Of a stretch of DNA of 64,000 nucleotides, positions 25,600 to 38,540 are shown in pieces (positions within the stretch are counted from its first letter, which is position 1; each line of letters starts with the position of its first letter). A model generated the notes under the pieces. The model did not search any database. It worked only from the letters and a program-made list of their open reading frames with translations, and was not told where the DNA came from. Source of the stretch: Stegostoma tigrinum. Taxonomy: Eukaryota. Position numbers and translations under genes: made by a program. Location of the stretch: positions 26,269,018-26,333,017 of the forward strand of contig NC_081376.1 of assembly GCF_030684315.1 (NCBI RefSeq), in the 5' to 3' direction.

Positions 25600-27495
25600 A
25601 ATAGGTTTTCTTCTTTCTCGTCTCACTACATCTGAGTGTAAATCCTTGTTCCAAAGCTACTGTGGAGGGACCCTGATCAACAGTGAAGCCCTTTGGTCCT
25701 GGAAGCTTATTTCGGGTGGCCCTGGGAGCGTTTGTGTCTGGATGGCTCAGACGTACTGAGGGGTGTCTTGCCAGAGACAAATAGACACTCTTTGGTTTCT
25801 ACTTTCATGAGCTAGGGCAGGCCAAGGTCATAAATGGTGGGCCCAGCCACTTCCTGGAGTGTACTGAAGGGTGACTTCAACGTGACCTGTATGTCTGGTT
25901 CCTTGTCCAGCTGGATACCTGCTAGCACTGCCCTTCGTGTGAGGAAGTGACACTGGGTGTGCACACCAGGCTACCTGTCCTTTTCTGGCTGTGTCCTTGG
26001 TTTTCAGACTAATGGCTAGGGCAATGGAGTGCAGTTGTGTGTGCCTTTCCAACAGAGCCCAAAGGTGCTGTACTTGAGTTTCCATGGCAACATAGGACCA
26101 GTGCACGTCTCGCTGCAGAATTTGGTCACTGAGGATCATTGACCCCATGTCTCTATCGACTCCTCCTGTTTCTCCTTGTGCATGTGGACAGGTTGCCATG
26201 ATCCTTTCCTGCCTAGGGCTGAGCAGGTGCCTGGTCTCTGGCAGTGTTTTGAGTGTCAGCACCCTGCGGTGTTTATTCCTTCGCCAGCTGAGGAGTTGAC
26301 ACAGTGAGGTGCTCACCAGATGGTGCTCATGCACTTTCTAAGCCTAACATTGCCCGTGAGGCGGCTGCATCTAAGCAGGTCAGGGGTGCAGAAGGCAGAT
26401 TTGCCCAATGGTTTCCTTGATCCCAGGGTACTCTCATCTGCAATGGGCAAGAAGGTGGCTTCTGATGGAGCCAGTGGTTTTCTCATGGAGGTGATGGTTT
26501 GAGGGTTAACTGTTAGACAAAACAAAGAGAAGGCATTATGACCCATCATTAGAAGTGGTGTGCAATGGCTGACACTGACAGCAAGGTTAATATGAGAGTT
26601 ACAGTGGAAGAGTGATATTTACTCAATTGGTGGCCGATGGGTGTCTTGGCATCACCACAAAAGAGCTCTTGATCTTCTCCTGTGAGAACCAGGGGCTGAG
26701 CTGTCAACCATCAGGCATCTTTCCTTGCATTAGGGTCCATCTTGCATCATTATGAGCTGTCTTCTCCTCGAAAGAGACAAAGAGAGGAATTGGTTAAGGT
26801 AGAAGTGGTGACACAACCATTAGTGCTGATGCAGGCACAGAGAGGGAGAATAACAATGGGTGAGGGCAGATGTTGTAGAGTAATGAATGTTGGTGGGAGA
26901 TGAGTGCAGTAGCAGAGTTACAGTGAGCTTGAGATGGCAGACAGGAGTATGGTAGTTATCCTTGTGGAGAGAAGATGATCTTTGACTTTCTTAGAGCACT
27001 GCTGACTATTTCCCTGTACCGGTGAATTGACACTGTCAAAGGTGGCCACTTTGGACCAAGTTGGTATGGTCTGGAGGAATGCCCTCTTCTGCTGGCCCTC
27101 CAGGCCCTCCATTCCACCATCCCATCTAGGAGGGCCTGCTGGTCCCTTTCGGAAAATTGTTGCAACAACTTCCCCTTCTCCAACATCTTCTGATGAACTA
27201 ACTATCCATTATCGAGTGGGGCAGCTTCAAAATGCCAATGCTCATCAGGGTGCACAATGCATTTTTACATATCCCATGGAAACCAGAGACGTATTTGGTA
27301 AATGTCTGCTGAGCAGAGTGTTGTTCCAGGAACAATTGGAGGAAGGGGATAGAATTGGAGAGAAATTGCATCAGGATGGATAGATAATTAATGAGGTGCG
27401 ATAAAAAGGTACCGTGTTAAATCTCGCTGAACCTGGCAGCAAGAATCAGTCCAAAAAACCCAAATCACACTTAGCCAAAAAATGTCAGACCATTG
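25600..27495 (-). mobile_element. PIF/Harbinger remnant with a spliced Myb/SANT gene (exon 1 at ~26960-27186)
   Basis: MLEKGKLLQQFSERDQQALLDGMVE...WSKVAT..SVNS...QQCSKKVKDHLLSTR; exon 2 begins EKTAHN; terminal region homologous to 40797-41070 and 53614-54080. Confidence 0.7.
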
Positions 27496-28155
27496 ATTTA
27501 GAATGCCTGCAGGAATCAATCAACATATATAAGTTAGCCATGTTTTATGAAACTGAAGGGAATTAGGTCAAAAGCAGTCTAAACTATTTTCATTATTATC
27601 CCAAAGAGGCAATAAAATGATTCGGCCAAGTCTCCATGTGAAGTATGAAAATAACTTCATGTTCTATTTGGTTTGTCCCATTGTAAGAATCCTCACATGT
27701 TGGAGATGAAACCACATCTGCAATTTTTAAGCCTGACATTATACCTGAGTATACATGGAATGTGCAAACAAGCTGCTGCTTCAAGGATCTCGTTTTGTAC
27801 CAGATCAAATGGAATGACAATTAACAGGCTGAGAAGGCTCTCCCTCTCAAGGAAAAGATAAAAGCTCAGTTTAACAGCTCTGACAAGTAAGAAACGCTGG
27901 TAAATCAGAAACAATGATAACTGCAATATTCATGACTGCTGACGGTCAAAGAAGCAACTAACCAATTATGATCTCAAATTCAAGCTTTTGCCTCAAAAAT
28001 ATCCAACAACCATTTCCAACTCCATCCATTCGAGAAATTTAAGTCCCTTGTATTCAATTCTTTACATTTTACTTGACTTTTTTTCTAGAGTTTCTTCCCT
28101 GTGAACCATAGAATTTTCCATCTTACAATAGAAAACACTCAAAGCTAAGAACTTA

Positions 28156-28590
28156 GGATTAAATTACTGCAGATGCTGAAATCTCTACTGAAAACAAAAA
28201 AAAATGCTAGAAATCTCTCAGCGGTATTAGGAGCTGCTGATGCTTGAGTGTGAGATAACCAGGTGTAGAGCTGGATGAACACAGCAGACCAGGCAGCATC
28301 AGAGGAGCAGGAAAGCTGACGTTTTGGGTCTGGATCCTTCTTCAGAAAGAAGGGCCTTGACATGAAATGTCAGCTTTCCTGCTCCTCTGATGCTGCCTGG
28401 CTTGCTGTTCTCACCAAGCTCTACATCTTGTTATCTTATGCTAGAAATCACAATGGGTCAGGCAACATTTCAAGTCTAGATGACTCTTCATCAGAGCTGT
28501 TGAAGAGTCGCTTGGACTCAATGTTAGCTTGCTGTCTCACCATGCATGCCGCCTGACCTGTGATATCCAGCTTTTTAATTGTTTTCAGTC
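28156..28590. mobile_element. Older palindromic Penelope pLTR insert (family C) hosting a nested insert
   Basis: ctgaaaacaa...ttgttttcag arms, centre gactcttcatcag/ctgttgaagagtc, degenerate TSD aagctaagaactta/aagctacgatctta. Confidence 0.7.
28218..28437. mobile_element. Palindromic Penelope pLTR insert (subfamily B)
   Basis: Inverted arms agataac...gttatct, tail on left arm, TSD atgctagaaatc at 28204-28215 and 28438-28449. Confidence 0.9.
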
Positions 28591-28904
28591 AAGCTACGAT
28601 CTTAAACTTCCTCAGTTTCTCTGCACCAATTTCTAAGTGAACTCTCCGGTTTGGAATTTTCACAAACTACTCTTTTGCCGAGGCAATGAATTCCCCGAAC
28701 TGTTCTGAGATATCCTTTTTATGAGCAAACCTATACTTGCTCTGACCACCACATGTTTTCTGACTGAACTGAATAACTTGTTTCTGACCCCAGTCAGCTC
28801 TCCACAGAACTGTGCTATAAACATCCAGCCCCTGAAATTTTTAAGCTAAAATCAATCGTTACTTATTCCAAATGGAAAACAACCCAATTGGTCCTTTATA
28901 AAAC

Positions 28905-29093
28905 AAGGAACTGCAGATGCCGAAAATCTGGAACGAAAACAGAAATTGCTGGGGGAGCTTGATGGATCTGACAGCATCTGAAAGCAGACTTCATGTTTCT
29001 TGTCTAGTGACCCTTTGTCAGTTCTGATTCCACTTCGTTTCTGCAGATGCTGCCAGATTTGTTAAGTTTCTCCAGCAATTGCTGTTTTATTTC
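28905..29093. mobile_element. Decayed palindromic Penelope pLTR insert
   Basis: aaaacagaaattgctgg...ccagcaattgctgtttt arms with a ctgcagatgc tail on the left. Confidence 0.65.
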
Positions 29094-29659
29094 TCATGGT
29101 CTTGCTGCTTACTGTGGGGTTTAAAACAAGTATAGTATAAACATTTCATTACATTTAACATTTTAGGGGTTTTCCTAAACTCTTGTCTCTAATCATCTCT
29201 GACAAATATTGGATGTAATCAGTGTTCTGGAAGAATTCTCCGACCTGAAAATCCTTCATACAGCACACCTTCCATCACAAGAGCTTTACTGCTGCGCGGC
29301 ATTGCAGCTACTAATAGTGCCTCAGCAGAGAGCTGCCAACACTTGTCTAATGAGGCTGGGTGAATTTGAATCTGTAACTACACTTAAGAGTCAGAAACAG
29401 CACTTGAACATTTGACTCTTGTTTGCTACTTTTGACAGCCCAATTTGGCTTTGAATCAAAACAAATTCACAAAAAGAGTTGATTTCAAACTTGGGACTAT
29501 TCACAGTCATACGACATATGGTGTTAGGTTGTATAAACAGACAGATGAACTCCACTGCTGGATATCCAGAATTTTAGCAACTAGACAGTCCATCCCTCAC
29601 AAAGTTCTGCAGAAATGCCTCTGCAAAGTTACTTAGAAGGCACAAAAGTAGTTTGAGAT

Positions 29660-30440
29660 GACCTGAATTTTCAGCAAGCCTTTGAAGTACTCACAGTAGT
29701 TTACATCACAAGGTAGAATTTTGTGGTATCAGTGAGAATTTGATACACTGCATTAAGAATTGGCTGCTAGCCTGCAGGCTACAAATTGTGGTTAATGGTT
29801 GTGTATCAGGCTGGAAACAGGTTATCAGTGGTGTACTCAAGAGATTGGTAGGACCCTTAATGTTCACTGCTTTTTGTTAATGATCTGGACAGAGTTTGGA
29901 TGTATGATCAGCACATTTGCTGACAGTAAGAAAATTTATTAAGGCTGTAGAGTACCACAATTTTCTCCAAGAAGATCTAGATCTGTTCAGACAATAGCAA
30001 ATGCCACTTTAATGCAGCATGAGGTATGCAGCTGGGGAAATACAGCACCTATTCTTCACATAAAAGGCATAATGCTGGAAATGACTGACAGAGAAAACAA
30101 TCTAGTCCTTTTCCACTGATCATGACCGACGCAGTAAAGCCTCAGTCGAAGCAAACAAGGTGATGGGCCACATTCATAGGTACAAGACCAAAGGATGCTA
30201 TTCTGTCCTCATGCAGGACGATAGTTAGATTGCATCTAAAGTACTGTGCCCACTTTAATTGCTATCACATAATAGACCATATCCTTGAAAAGGATTTGAA
30301 ACAGTGCAACATAAATAATTCCTATCTTGAATAACCTTAGCTTCTCTCAAAGACTTAAAGAGCTGAGTCTACTTACCTTAGAACAGCGCAGGTTTGAAGG
30401 TGATTTGATAGGGGTGCATAAAATAATGAAAGAGCAGAAT
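29660..30440 (+). mobile_element. Old CR1 LINE RT/C-terminal fragment
   Basis: FSKPF, KNWL, VVNG..SGWKQVISGV, NDLD, FAD; ORF 30327 LEQRRFEGDLIGVHKIM. Confidence 0.85.
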
Positions 30441-30974
30441 CACATTCACATTGAACATTCTGCTTGTTATTTGTTCAAAGGATGTGGGTGTCATTGGCTA
30501 GACTATCATTTATTCCCCATCCTAATAACCCTGGAGAGAAGAGCTGGTGAGCTGTCTTCTTGAGCTGCTGCACTCTTTAAGATGCAGATACACTCAGTGC
30601 TGTTTGAAAGGGAGATTTTAGCTTGATTTTCAGTGTGACAGGTTGGAGAGAGTATAGTGGTGCACATTCAAACTGTACAGCAATAAGAATAGAGCAGATG
30701 TTAGGCAATTCTTATTACCTTAGAGTGTTTTGGGCCTTGGGATACATTTCCAGGCAATCCAATTGGGTGTTGACTCTCCACCCAGCTAAGATACATTTTC
30801 AGCAGTGGATTAAGCTGACATCATTTAAAGTACATGATTTGGCCTGGTGGTACTTCATGAAACTGTGCAGCGCTTCGGCTTGTCAGATCGTAGTATCAGT
30901 CCACATGGAACCAGTGACAGAAAAACAGTATCGTCAAAATATGTATATTCTCAGGCATTAGGTAGAAATTTATG

Positions 30975-31240
30975 ATAACAAAGTGTGTAACTGGATGAAC
31001 CCAGCAGGCCAAGCAGCATCTCAGGAGCACAAAGGCTGATGTTTCGAGCCTAGACCCTTCATCAGAGAGCCCTCTAGGTGCTAGGAGGTGCTCTAGGAGG
31101 GTCTAGGCGCTCTCTGATGAAGGGTCTAGGCCTGAAACATCAGCCTTTGTGCTCCTGAGATGCTGCTTGGCCTGCTGTGTTCATCCAGCTCCACACTTTG
31201 TTATCTTGGATTCTCCAGCATCTGCAGTTCCCATTATCAC
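30975..31240. mobile_element. Palindromic Penelope pLTR insert (subfamily A) with two hammerheads and 15-bp TSD
   Basis: Arms 30974-31070 and 31109-31205, 35-nt tail on right, aggtagaaatttatg at 30960-30974 and 31241-31255. Confidence 0.95.
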
Positions 31241-32021
31241 AGGTAGAAATTTATGCTGTCTATGGTGCTGAAGTTATTTTCTAACTATTGTCAGTCAGAA
31301 GACTGGATAGTTATTTCATTGTTAGGAGTATATTACATGTTCTTGCCTTGGCAATAAAGTAACAGAGTCATTGTCACTCCTTTTGTTGTTTTTAAGCAGT
31401 TTTATGTTATCTACTAGGCTGTAATGTTCTCTAAATTGGTTACCCATTTTCTTCGGGAGTGTGTTATACCTAAAGGTCAGCAAGGTTGATAACACTAACG
31501 AGTCAAGGCAACATTCTTTTCAGCTATGATAGTTGGGAAGTTGAATGACTTGCTTTCCCACTGCATTCACCAATGAATATATTCCATTTGTAACTGGGCT
31601 TCTCAAACACCAGTCCTAAAGTATAGCAACAATGTGCTCCAAATCTACTGAAATAGTTGCTTCAATAAATTTTTACAGTTTTGTTTTTGTAAATATTTAT
31701 CAATACCATTTAAGTTAATAAAGACGAGGAAGGAAATTACACCTCATTTTTAGAACTCACGTAGACAAGTGGATTTACATATCTAATAAGATTCTCTTCA
31801 TCATTAGGTTCTTTAATGTGGAAATGGAGCACTCTTCACATTATGCTTACCGACCTCCTTTGCTGTGAGCAATCTGAAAGGAACTGGCACTGGCATTAGC
31901 TGCATCAAGGCAAACCAATGTCAAAGGAAGGTGCTTTAAATGGGTGTACACCCATTTGATTACGAATCTGCTTAGTGCCTGCTTCCAGAGTGGGAAAAAG
32001 AAACCTGTTGTTTATCTTACC

Positions 32022-32224
32022 CAGAAGTCGCATGACACCAGGTTGCTGTCCAATAGGCTTATTTCAAATCACAAGTTTACGTAGTGCTGCTTCATCACTT
32101 GATTATTAAGCACCGATCCAGAAGCTTTAGATTTTCAATAAACCTGTTGGACAACGACCTGGTGTCATGTGACTTCTGACTTAGTCCACCCCAGTCCAAC
32201 GCCACCACCACCACCACCACATCA
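32022..32224. mobile_element. Palindromic insert of a fourth, sequence-unrelated pLTR-like family
   Basis: cagaagtcgcatgacaccagg...cctggtgtcatgtgacttctg arms, remnant cttcatca centre, ~40-nt right-hand tail. Confidence 0.7.
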
Positions 32225-34382
32225 AACCATATACCCAGTATGGTGAATGACATAAGCCTGCACTTGCTTTCAGACTGTCATGTTACTGTGCAAACCATTT
32301 TCCAGGCAGTTAGATTTTGTCCTCTTGCTCTCTGTTAAAATTTACCGTATTAAAATGAGTGTGAAGTGTGTCTGCTGGCTTGATCTGATCTTTGCCCACC
32401 TTTTAACTTTATTTCATGAGGACACGACATGCAAATATATTATATCTAGTGTAGGACACTACACTAGATATAATATATTTGCATGTCGTGTATGTGCATA
32501 GGATTCAATGTATGTCCTAAGTGGCCTAATTTCTAATGTCTTAATTGATAGTTTTGACATTAATTAGTGGCAATTAATTGCTTCTGATAAATGACTGTAT
32601 TGTTTCTTTGACACTCCTACCAAGAAGCTAACCTGTAACACCACATGTTATAACAACCATGCCAACTTCCAGAAGAATTCATCCATATATGAGCAGTAAG
32701 ACATAATAGCCTCCCAGCCAATGTGAAATTAATGTTAATTTTAATGAAATCTCAGCAAGAAGTGATTGTTTTCTAGTGGCTATCGCTTGCAACAGCTTTT
32801 TTGTCCCACTAGAAAAGCTAGTGGGAATGAAAAAGAGGACTTAAATAATCAATTGACGATAGGGAATGACTTTTGGGAAGCTGAGATACTGGGTTGTGAA
32901 TTGTGTTAACAAGTTCTTTCCAGTGCTAAGAAAACTGAATTACAACACTTAAACATTCCACAGTACTTTCCTAGTAAGCTAGTATTAAATTTGAGACTTG
33001 TTCAGTTTTGGGGTTTTCTTTTTAAAAAGCAGCATTTCCAATTAACAGCTCAGATTTCAGGCCAGAAAGTCATTTTCTCAATTAATCATGAGAACACAGT
33101 TGCAGCAAAAAGGATAACAAAAGCAAAATTGGAATGGAAAATAATATCTTTCATTTTTTAAATCTTGCAGTTATTTAGATCAACATAAATATCTTTTTTC
33201 TGAGATTTAGTTGGGGCAGCAATGCTATGGTCCTTTGATTTTCCAAAACTTAGCATTCTTTGTGAGCCTCACACTGAGGCATGACAACAGCAAAACCATA
33301 CTCTGTGACTGATTCAGCACAACTCTCCTTTTAACCTGAACTTTTCTGATATATTTAGTAAGCACTTTGAAGTCTACATTCCAAGTACCACTTTTGGTAA
33401 GGATTGTCACATTCACACTAACTACTGTGTAAAATTTTCATGCAACACTTGAATTGCAACATTTTGATTTTGTTCCACATCCTGATAAAATCTGGTTAAG
33501 AGAAATCAGTTGGAGCTTATGATCAATCATGAGTTGAAAGTGGTTGGGGCTATCTTTGTATTTGGAACGGAATCATTGATCTACTTCCCATTTTTCTGAT
33601 TATGCCTACTTTCATTATTTGACTGTAAGGTCTTTGCTGAAATCAATAAATAGAGAGATACATTGCCTATCTTGGGCTGCATGGGACAAATGGAATTAGA
33701 CAATATGCCAATTGCTACAGTTATTGCGGCATTTATTCTGGGAGAGGACATTTTGAATGACATCAAGGTCTTTCTGCAGATTTGCAGTTTTGTTTTAAGT
33801 AAAGAACGCAAGCTCTTAATTGTGTAACAGTCCCAAGAGGAGTAGTGTTCATTTATTAATTGTAAAGCGTAGGCAGCACACTTCCATGGCACTGTTATAG
33901 CACACAGTCTGAGTGATGAGTCTGTTGACTACATTAATTTGAATGCTTCATTAATGACACCCCCAACATTAAGGCAGGTGAACAGAATGCTTTACAATTA
34001 TCTACAAATCTACCTAATGTAAAAACACACGACAGTTTGCGACCACTTTGCCTGATGTCAAAAATAAAAACAATTACACAGACTTACTCGGGTTATTCCA
34101 TTACCTTGCTTTGGCTTCTAATTTATAACAATGTGATTTATTTTTGGGAAGGAAAATATAATTTCAATTATTCTTGGGAATGGCTAATTAACTAACTGAT
34201 TGGTCAATTCTGCATGTCTGAAGATTCTCTCTCTTAACCTCCATTTCTCACATTCCTCGTCATTTTTTCTCTCTTTAACATTTTCTCACAAGTGCAGTAT
34301 ATTGAGAAAGTGAAACAAACAGCCAGTTTATGTATTTTTATATATTTTATACAATTTTATACAATTTACAGTTGATGCAATT

Positions 34383-34478
34383 TTCTGAAGAAGGGTCCCG
34401 ACCCGAGACGTCAAGTTTTCCTGCTCCTCTCATGCTGCTTGTCCTGCAGCGTTCATCCAGCTTCACACCGTGTTATCT
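34383..34478 (+). mobile_element. Solo Penelope pLTR arm (subfamily B), hammerhead core mutated
   Basis: ctgaagaagggtcccgacccgagacgtc...gtgttatct. Confidence 0.85.
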
Positions 34479-37400
34479 CATAGCCAGTTTTCCCTATATT
34501 TTAGCACCCAAAAAATGGTTACTGTATGCTAATGATACAACAGAATTTTCAAATAATTTAATCACATGTTCTGTGTCAGACTGCTCACAGATGAAGGGCA
34601 TGAGACATATCCAAAATGCTTCTTTTCAGCTCCATGGATAAAGCTGCACCAAATTTCCACTTATGTTCAAACAATAAATTGTTTTGAATGGAATGAGGAA
34701 AAGTAACAATTACATTATTTTATTCTGGTCGACTAGACTAGCATTGAGATGTTTATATTGTGTTTTCAGAAACTTGAACTGTAACATAAGCAGCAAGCTT
34801 TTAAGCACATTTTGTACGCACAATTTCCCAGTTGCACCCAACGGAGAAATTTTACGACCTGAACTATTCAAGATACAGTCAGAATCAACAGAACTTTGTC
34901 TAAAAGTGCACTATAACTCAATGATATTTTCTTAATTTTATTTTTTTCAGTTCCAGGGAACATTGTGGTTTGCCACAATTTTTTAAATCACTAGAATCAT
35001 TCACTGCTATCATTGTCAGTGTCAATTATACAACAGATTTAATTTACATATTTACTGCGATATGGTTTCATTTCTGGAGTAAAATTGGAATGTAACCTAT
35101 TGGCAGTAATGATGTGGTGGGAACTGTCCTCTTAAGGCATGGCTCTGGAATGAAGAGTGTAAATGTTTGCCTGCTGCATGAGGCATGCGGTTGCTGAGCA
35201 ACAAATGCTTTAACAGGACAATGTCACCTCACTGGAGTCCTTGTGGTCTTAAAGTGATACAAACATTACAGCCAATGTTTGTAATCTGAGTTGCGTATTA
35301 ATATTTGGTATATTGTAAGTGTGGCAGAAATAATGTCAGTGGTAATTAGATTCCAATAGAATTACCCTCTTGGGATTCTAAAATAGTCAATTGCACAGTT
35401 TGTAAGAAAATGTTGCCTAAAATGTACCCTGCACGGCACTGCAGTTTTAAGGTTGAATTCTGGAGTCAGAGGCTGCAGAGCTCAGAACAAGTGCCACATT
35501 GGAGCTGTCTTCTACTGGGTCCTTCATCCCAGTATAAAATTGTTTTGGTCACATATTTGTTTAAGTGTGCCAATTATACTTAGCATAACAGCCGTACTTT
35601 GGCAGTGTGTTCATAAATTTTAAAGAAATTAATTGTGCATTTATAACAATTAACAGAGCAATTTATTAGGAAAGCACATGGAAACAAATATACACCTTGT
35701 CTAATTGCACCTGTGGTGGAGAGATTTCATATCTGCCTTTTTGTAGCAGTGTTACACCAACTACACCTGACACCTGCAAATGACTATTTGTGTTTGAATA
35801 AATAAATGTATGCATGGCCATGCAGTGAGAGATATATTAACATTTAAAGATGAGATGGGAAGGTAGATGTCACAACGTGTTATAGCAGCTAATTTTTAAT
35901 GCAGTAAATATTTTGTAATTTCGATGTAAATATCCTGCTAGCATCTACATCTTTTTTGATGTTAGAAAATAAAACTCTTCATTTATCTACTATAATGATC
36001 TTAATGTGATGTATTGCAGAATCTGCAAGCTGTTTTAATGTTTGCAGATGTTATCATGTGGCAGGTTGTGAATTTGTATTTTGAAAAGACCAGACACGTA
36101 CAGAGCTGAATTCAAAATGTGCAAAGTCTTCAGTGAATTAAGCTGAGGGTGATAAAATAGAACTCAACACAATGGCAGTTTAATTTTGTAATGTGAGAAC
36201 ATCAAAATATTGTAGAGTTTATGCTAATTGAAGAATAAGCCAAAGATATCTTCAACGTGGTCCAATAGACTTTTAATTCATGAAAGATGTGTATCTTTTA
36301 ATGGAACATTTCCTATTTTCAATCTGTGTAAATGACTTTATCATCCTGTAGTTAATGAGAATTACTTCCATGCAATCTGCATATTGATACATCTCCACAT
36401 TCTGTACCTCTGTACCCCAGAGTGTTCCACTTGGAAATTTGCATGCTTATTATTCTTTATCAGCGCCAGTCTCAGTTGCATGATGCTGTAGCATTCTAAA
36501 GCAGCAATAGCCATTTGTTGATAAATTGAAACAAGGGGGAGGAAGACAATGAATATACTTTCCTGAATAAATGACGATAAATGCAGGCATGTTTAAAGGT
36601 CTCATATTGCCTTGAATCCTGTATATGTGGCGATAATGGACGCATAAATGTTCAGTCTACCTCAAGGTGAATGCTGTCGATTCACATGCACTGTGATTGC
36701 AGGTTCTTATACTTAAAGCAATAAGAGTTGTTGAGAAGCTAAAATGCTACCCCAGTACTTCGTACTCTCAACTACAGATGCCTTTTAACACCTGGAAAAT
36801 GGTTGATGCTCAATTTCTACTGAGGGGAAATCTTAAATTTCAGCCAATATTCTAAAAGAGAAACCAAACTGGAGAAGACAGATTTATCCTTTTGTTGCTC
36901 AAATGCAGAAGCGAGGAGGTCGATAAAACAGTATAACTCATGGCATCAAAGAAGGTATTTGCAGGTTAGGTCTTTGGCTGATAGCTGAAAGCTCTATCAA
37001 CCTGACCTGCAAATTAATTCTAATAACACTCTGATGACTGGCTCAAAGGAAAAGGAATAGCAGAAAGATGATTTGGATTATCTGATTTCTCACCGCACTC
37101 AGTCTTAATTCCACTGAAGTTCACAGAATGATCATTCTTTTTGAAGACACATTTTCTGGTTTCACTGTTGTGGTTACATGGTTCAAAATTAAAAGTCTTA
37201 ACAATACTTTCCAAGTCAATGGAAAATGCAAACTGGTGCAGGGTGAAATCAGCTTCTGATTCACTTACAACCCATTCTGCAGTGCTGGAAATTGACAAAT
37301 TTTATACCCCAAATCTCCTCATTTGAGTTGTTAGTCAGCAATGCATAAAAAAAGTTTTTTTATGTGCGCCTGAAGCAGAAGATTTTCAAAGAGAATCTGA

Positions 37401-38444
37401 AGCAGAATGTCTACCTCCCACTGAGCAGCTATCTAATCCATACTTATTAGTTTAGCAATCAATGAACCATTAAAGTACTGATATGGAATCACATGATTTT
37501 TAAAAAAGACAGCATGTGAATGATAACTTATTTTAGGGCAAATGGTTATACTTAATCCTTGACCCAGTACTTATGATGGTGACTTTGTACGTGGTTAAAT
37601 GTAAGTTTTAAGTCAGTTTCTGCTGGATATTTCACATATTTTGGCAATCAAAATCAGGAAATAATTAGGATTATTTACAACATCCACATCACATCATATC
37701 TCTAAAACGATAGTCATTTGGATCAATTCTGCAAGGCAGTGTGCATTTTATGGTAATATTTATTTTTCCAATCAGTGACACAGAATTTTGCATTGAAAAT
37801 CTTTTGACTGTTTTTATTAGATTGTTTTAATTTAGAAAATAGTGGGCATTTTAGGCAACCAACAGTAACGCAGGGCTGAGCAATGCATTATATATGTTGT
37901 ATTGTCTACTTAATTATTCACAAAATATTTGCAAGACAAAATAGACATTAAAAAGCAAACCTGTCTGTCACAGAAATAGAGCTGAAAAATTCTGAGGTGA
38001 AAGAATTTGAGATTGTTTTGGGCTTCATATTTTAAAAAAATGACAAATAATCTGCTAATATATGTTGGCAAGCATGAGTATGAAGAAATATAAAATGAAA
38101 CAGGAATGCTGGTGCCTTGATAAGTACTTGTACGTAGATTTGTGTTCCAATAATAGGCATCAGTTGGACTGTTGCACACTTAGCCATTGCTGAAGTATTC
38201 CATCATAGATCACAGTAATCCTCCATTGTAACACCAGGGACTGAATTTCCCCCTTTCAATGGAAGTGTGTTTGAGTGAGATTCATGGCGCTCAGTCAGAG
38301 TGCCTATTCTCATATAACGTTTGCCCCTTCACCTCACTAAGTATGCATCTGTGCTCCAGACCCTTCTTGTGTAGCAGGAAAGGCAGAAGAGCTGGGCACT
38401 GCCAGGCTGTAACATTCACATTGCTGGCACCATATTTAAAGGCC

Positions 38445-38540
38445 ACACCATGAGGAGCTGGAGGAGCACAACAGGTCAAGCAGCATCAGAGGAACGGGAA
38501 TGTTGACGTTTCGGATTGAGACCCTTCTTCATTTTCTGAA
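38445..38540 (-). mobile_element. Solo Penelope pLTR arm (subfamily B)
   Basis: gagctggaggagcacaacaggtcaagcagcatcagagg...gacgtttcgg...cccttcttca. Confidence 0.8.
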
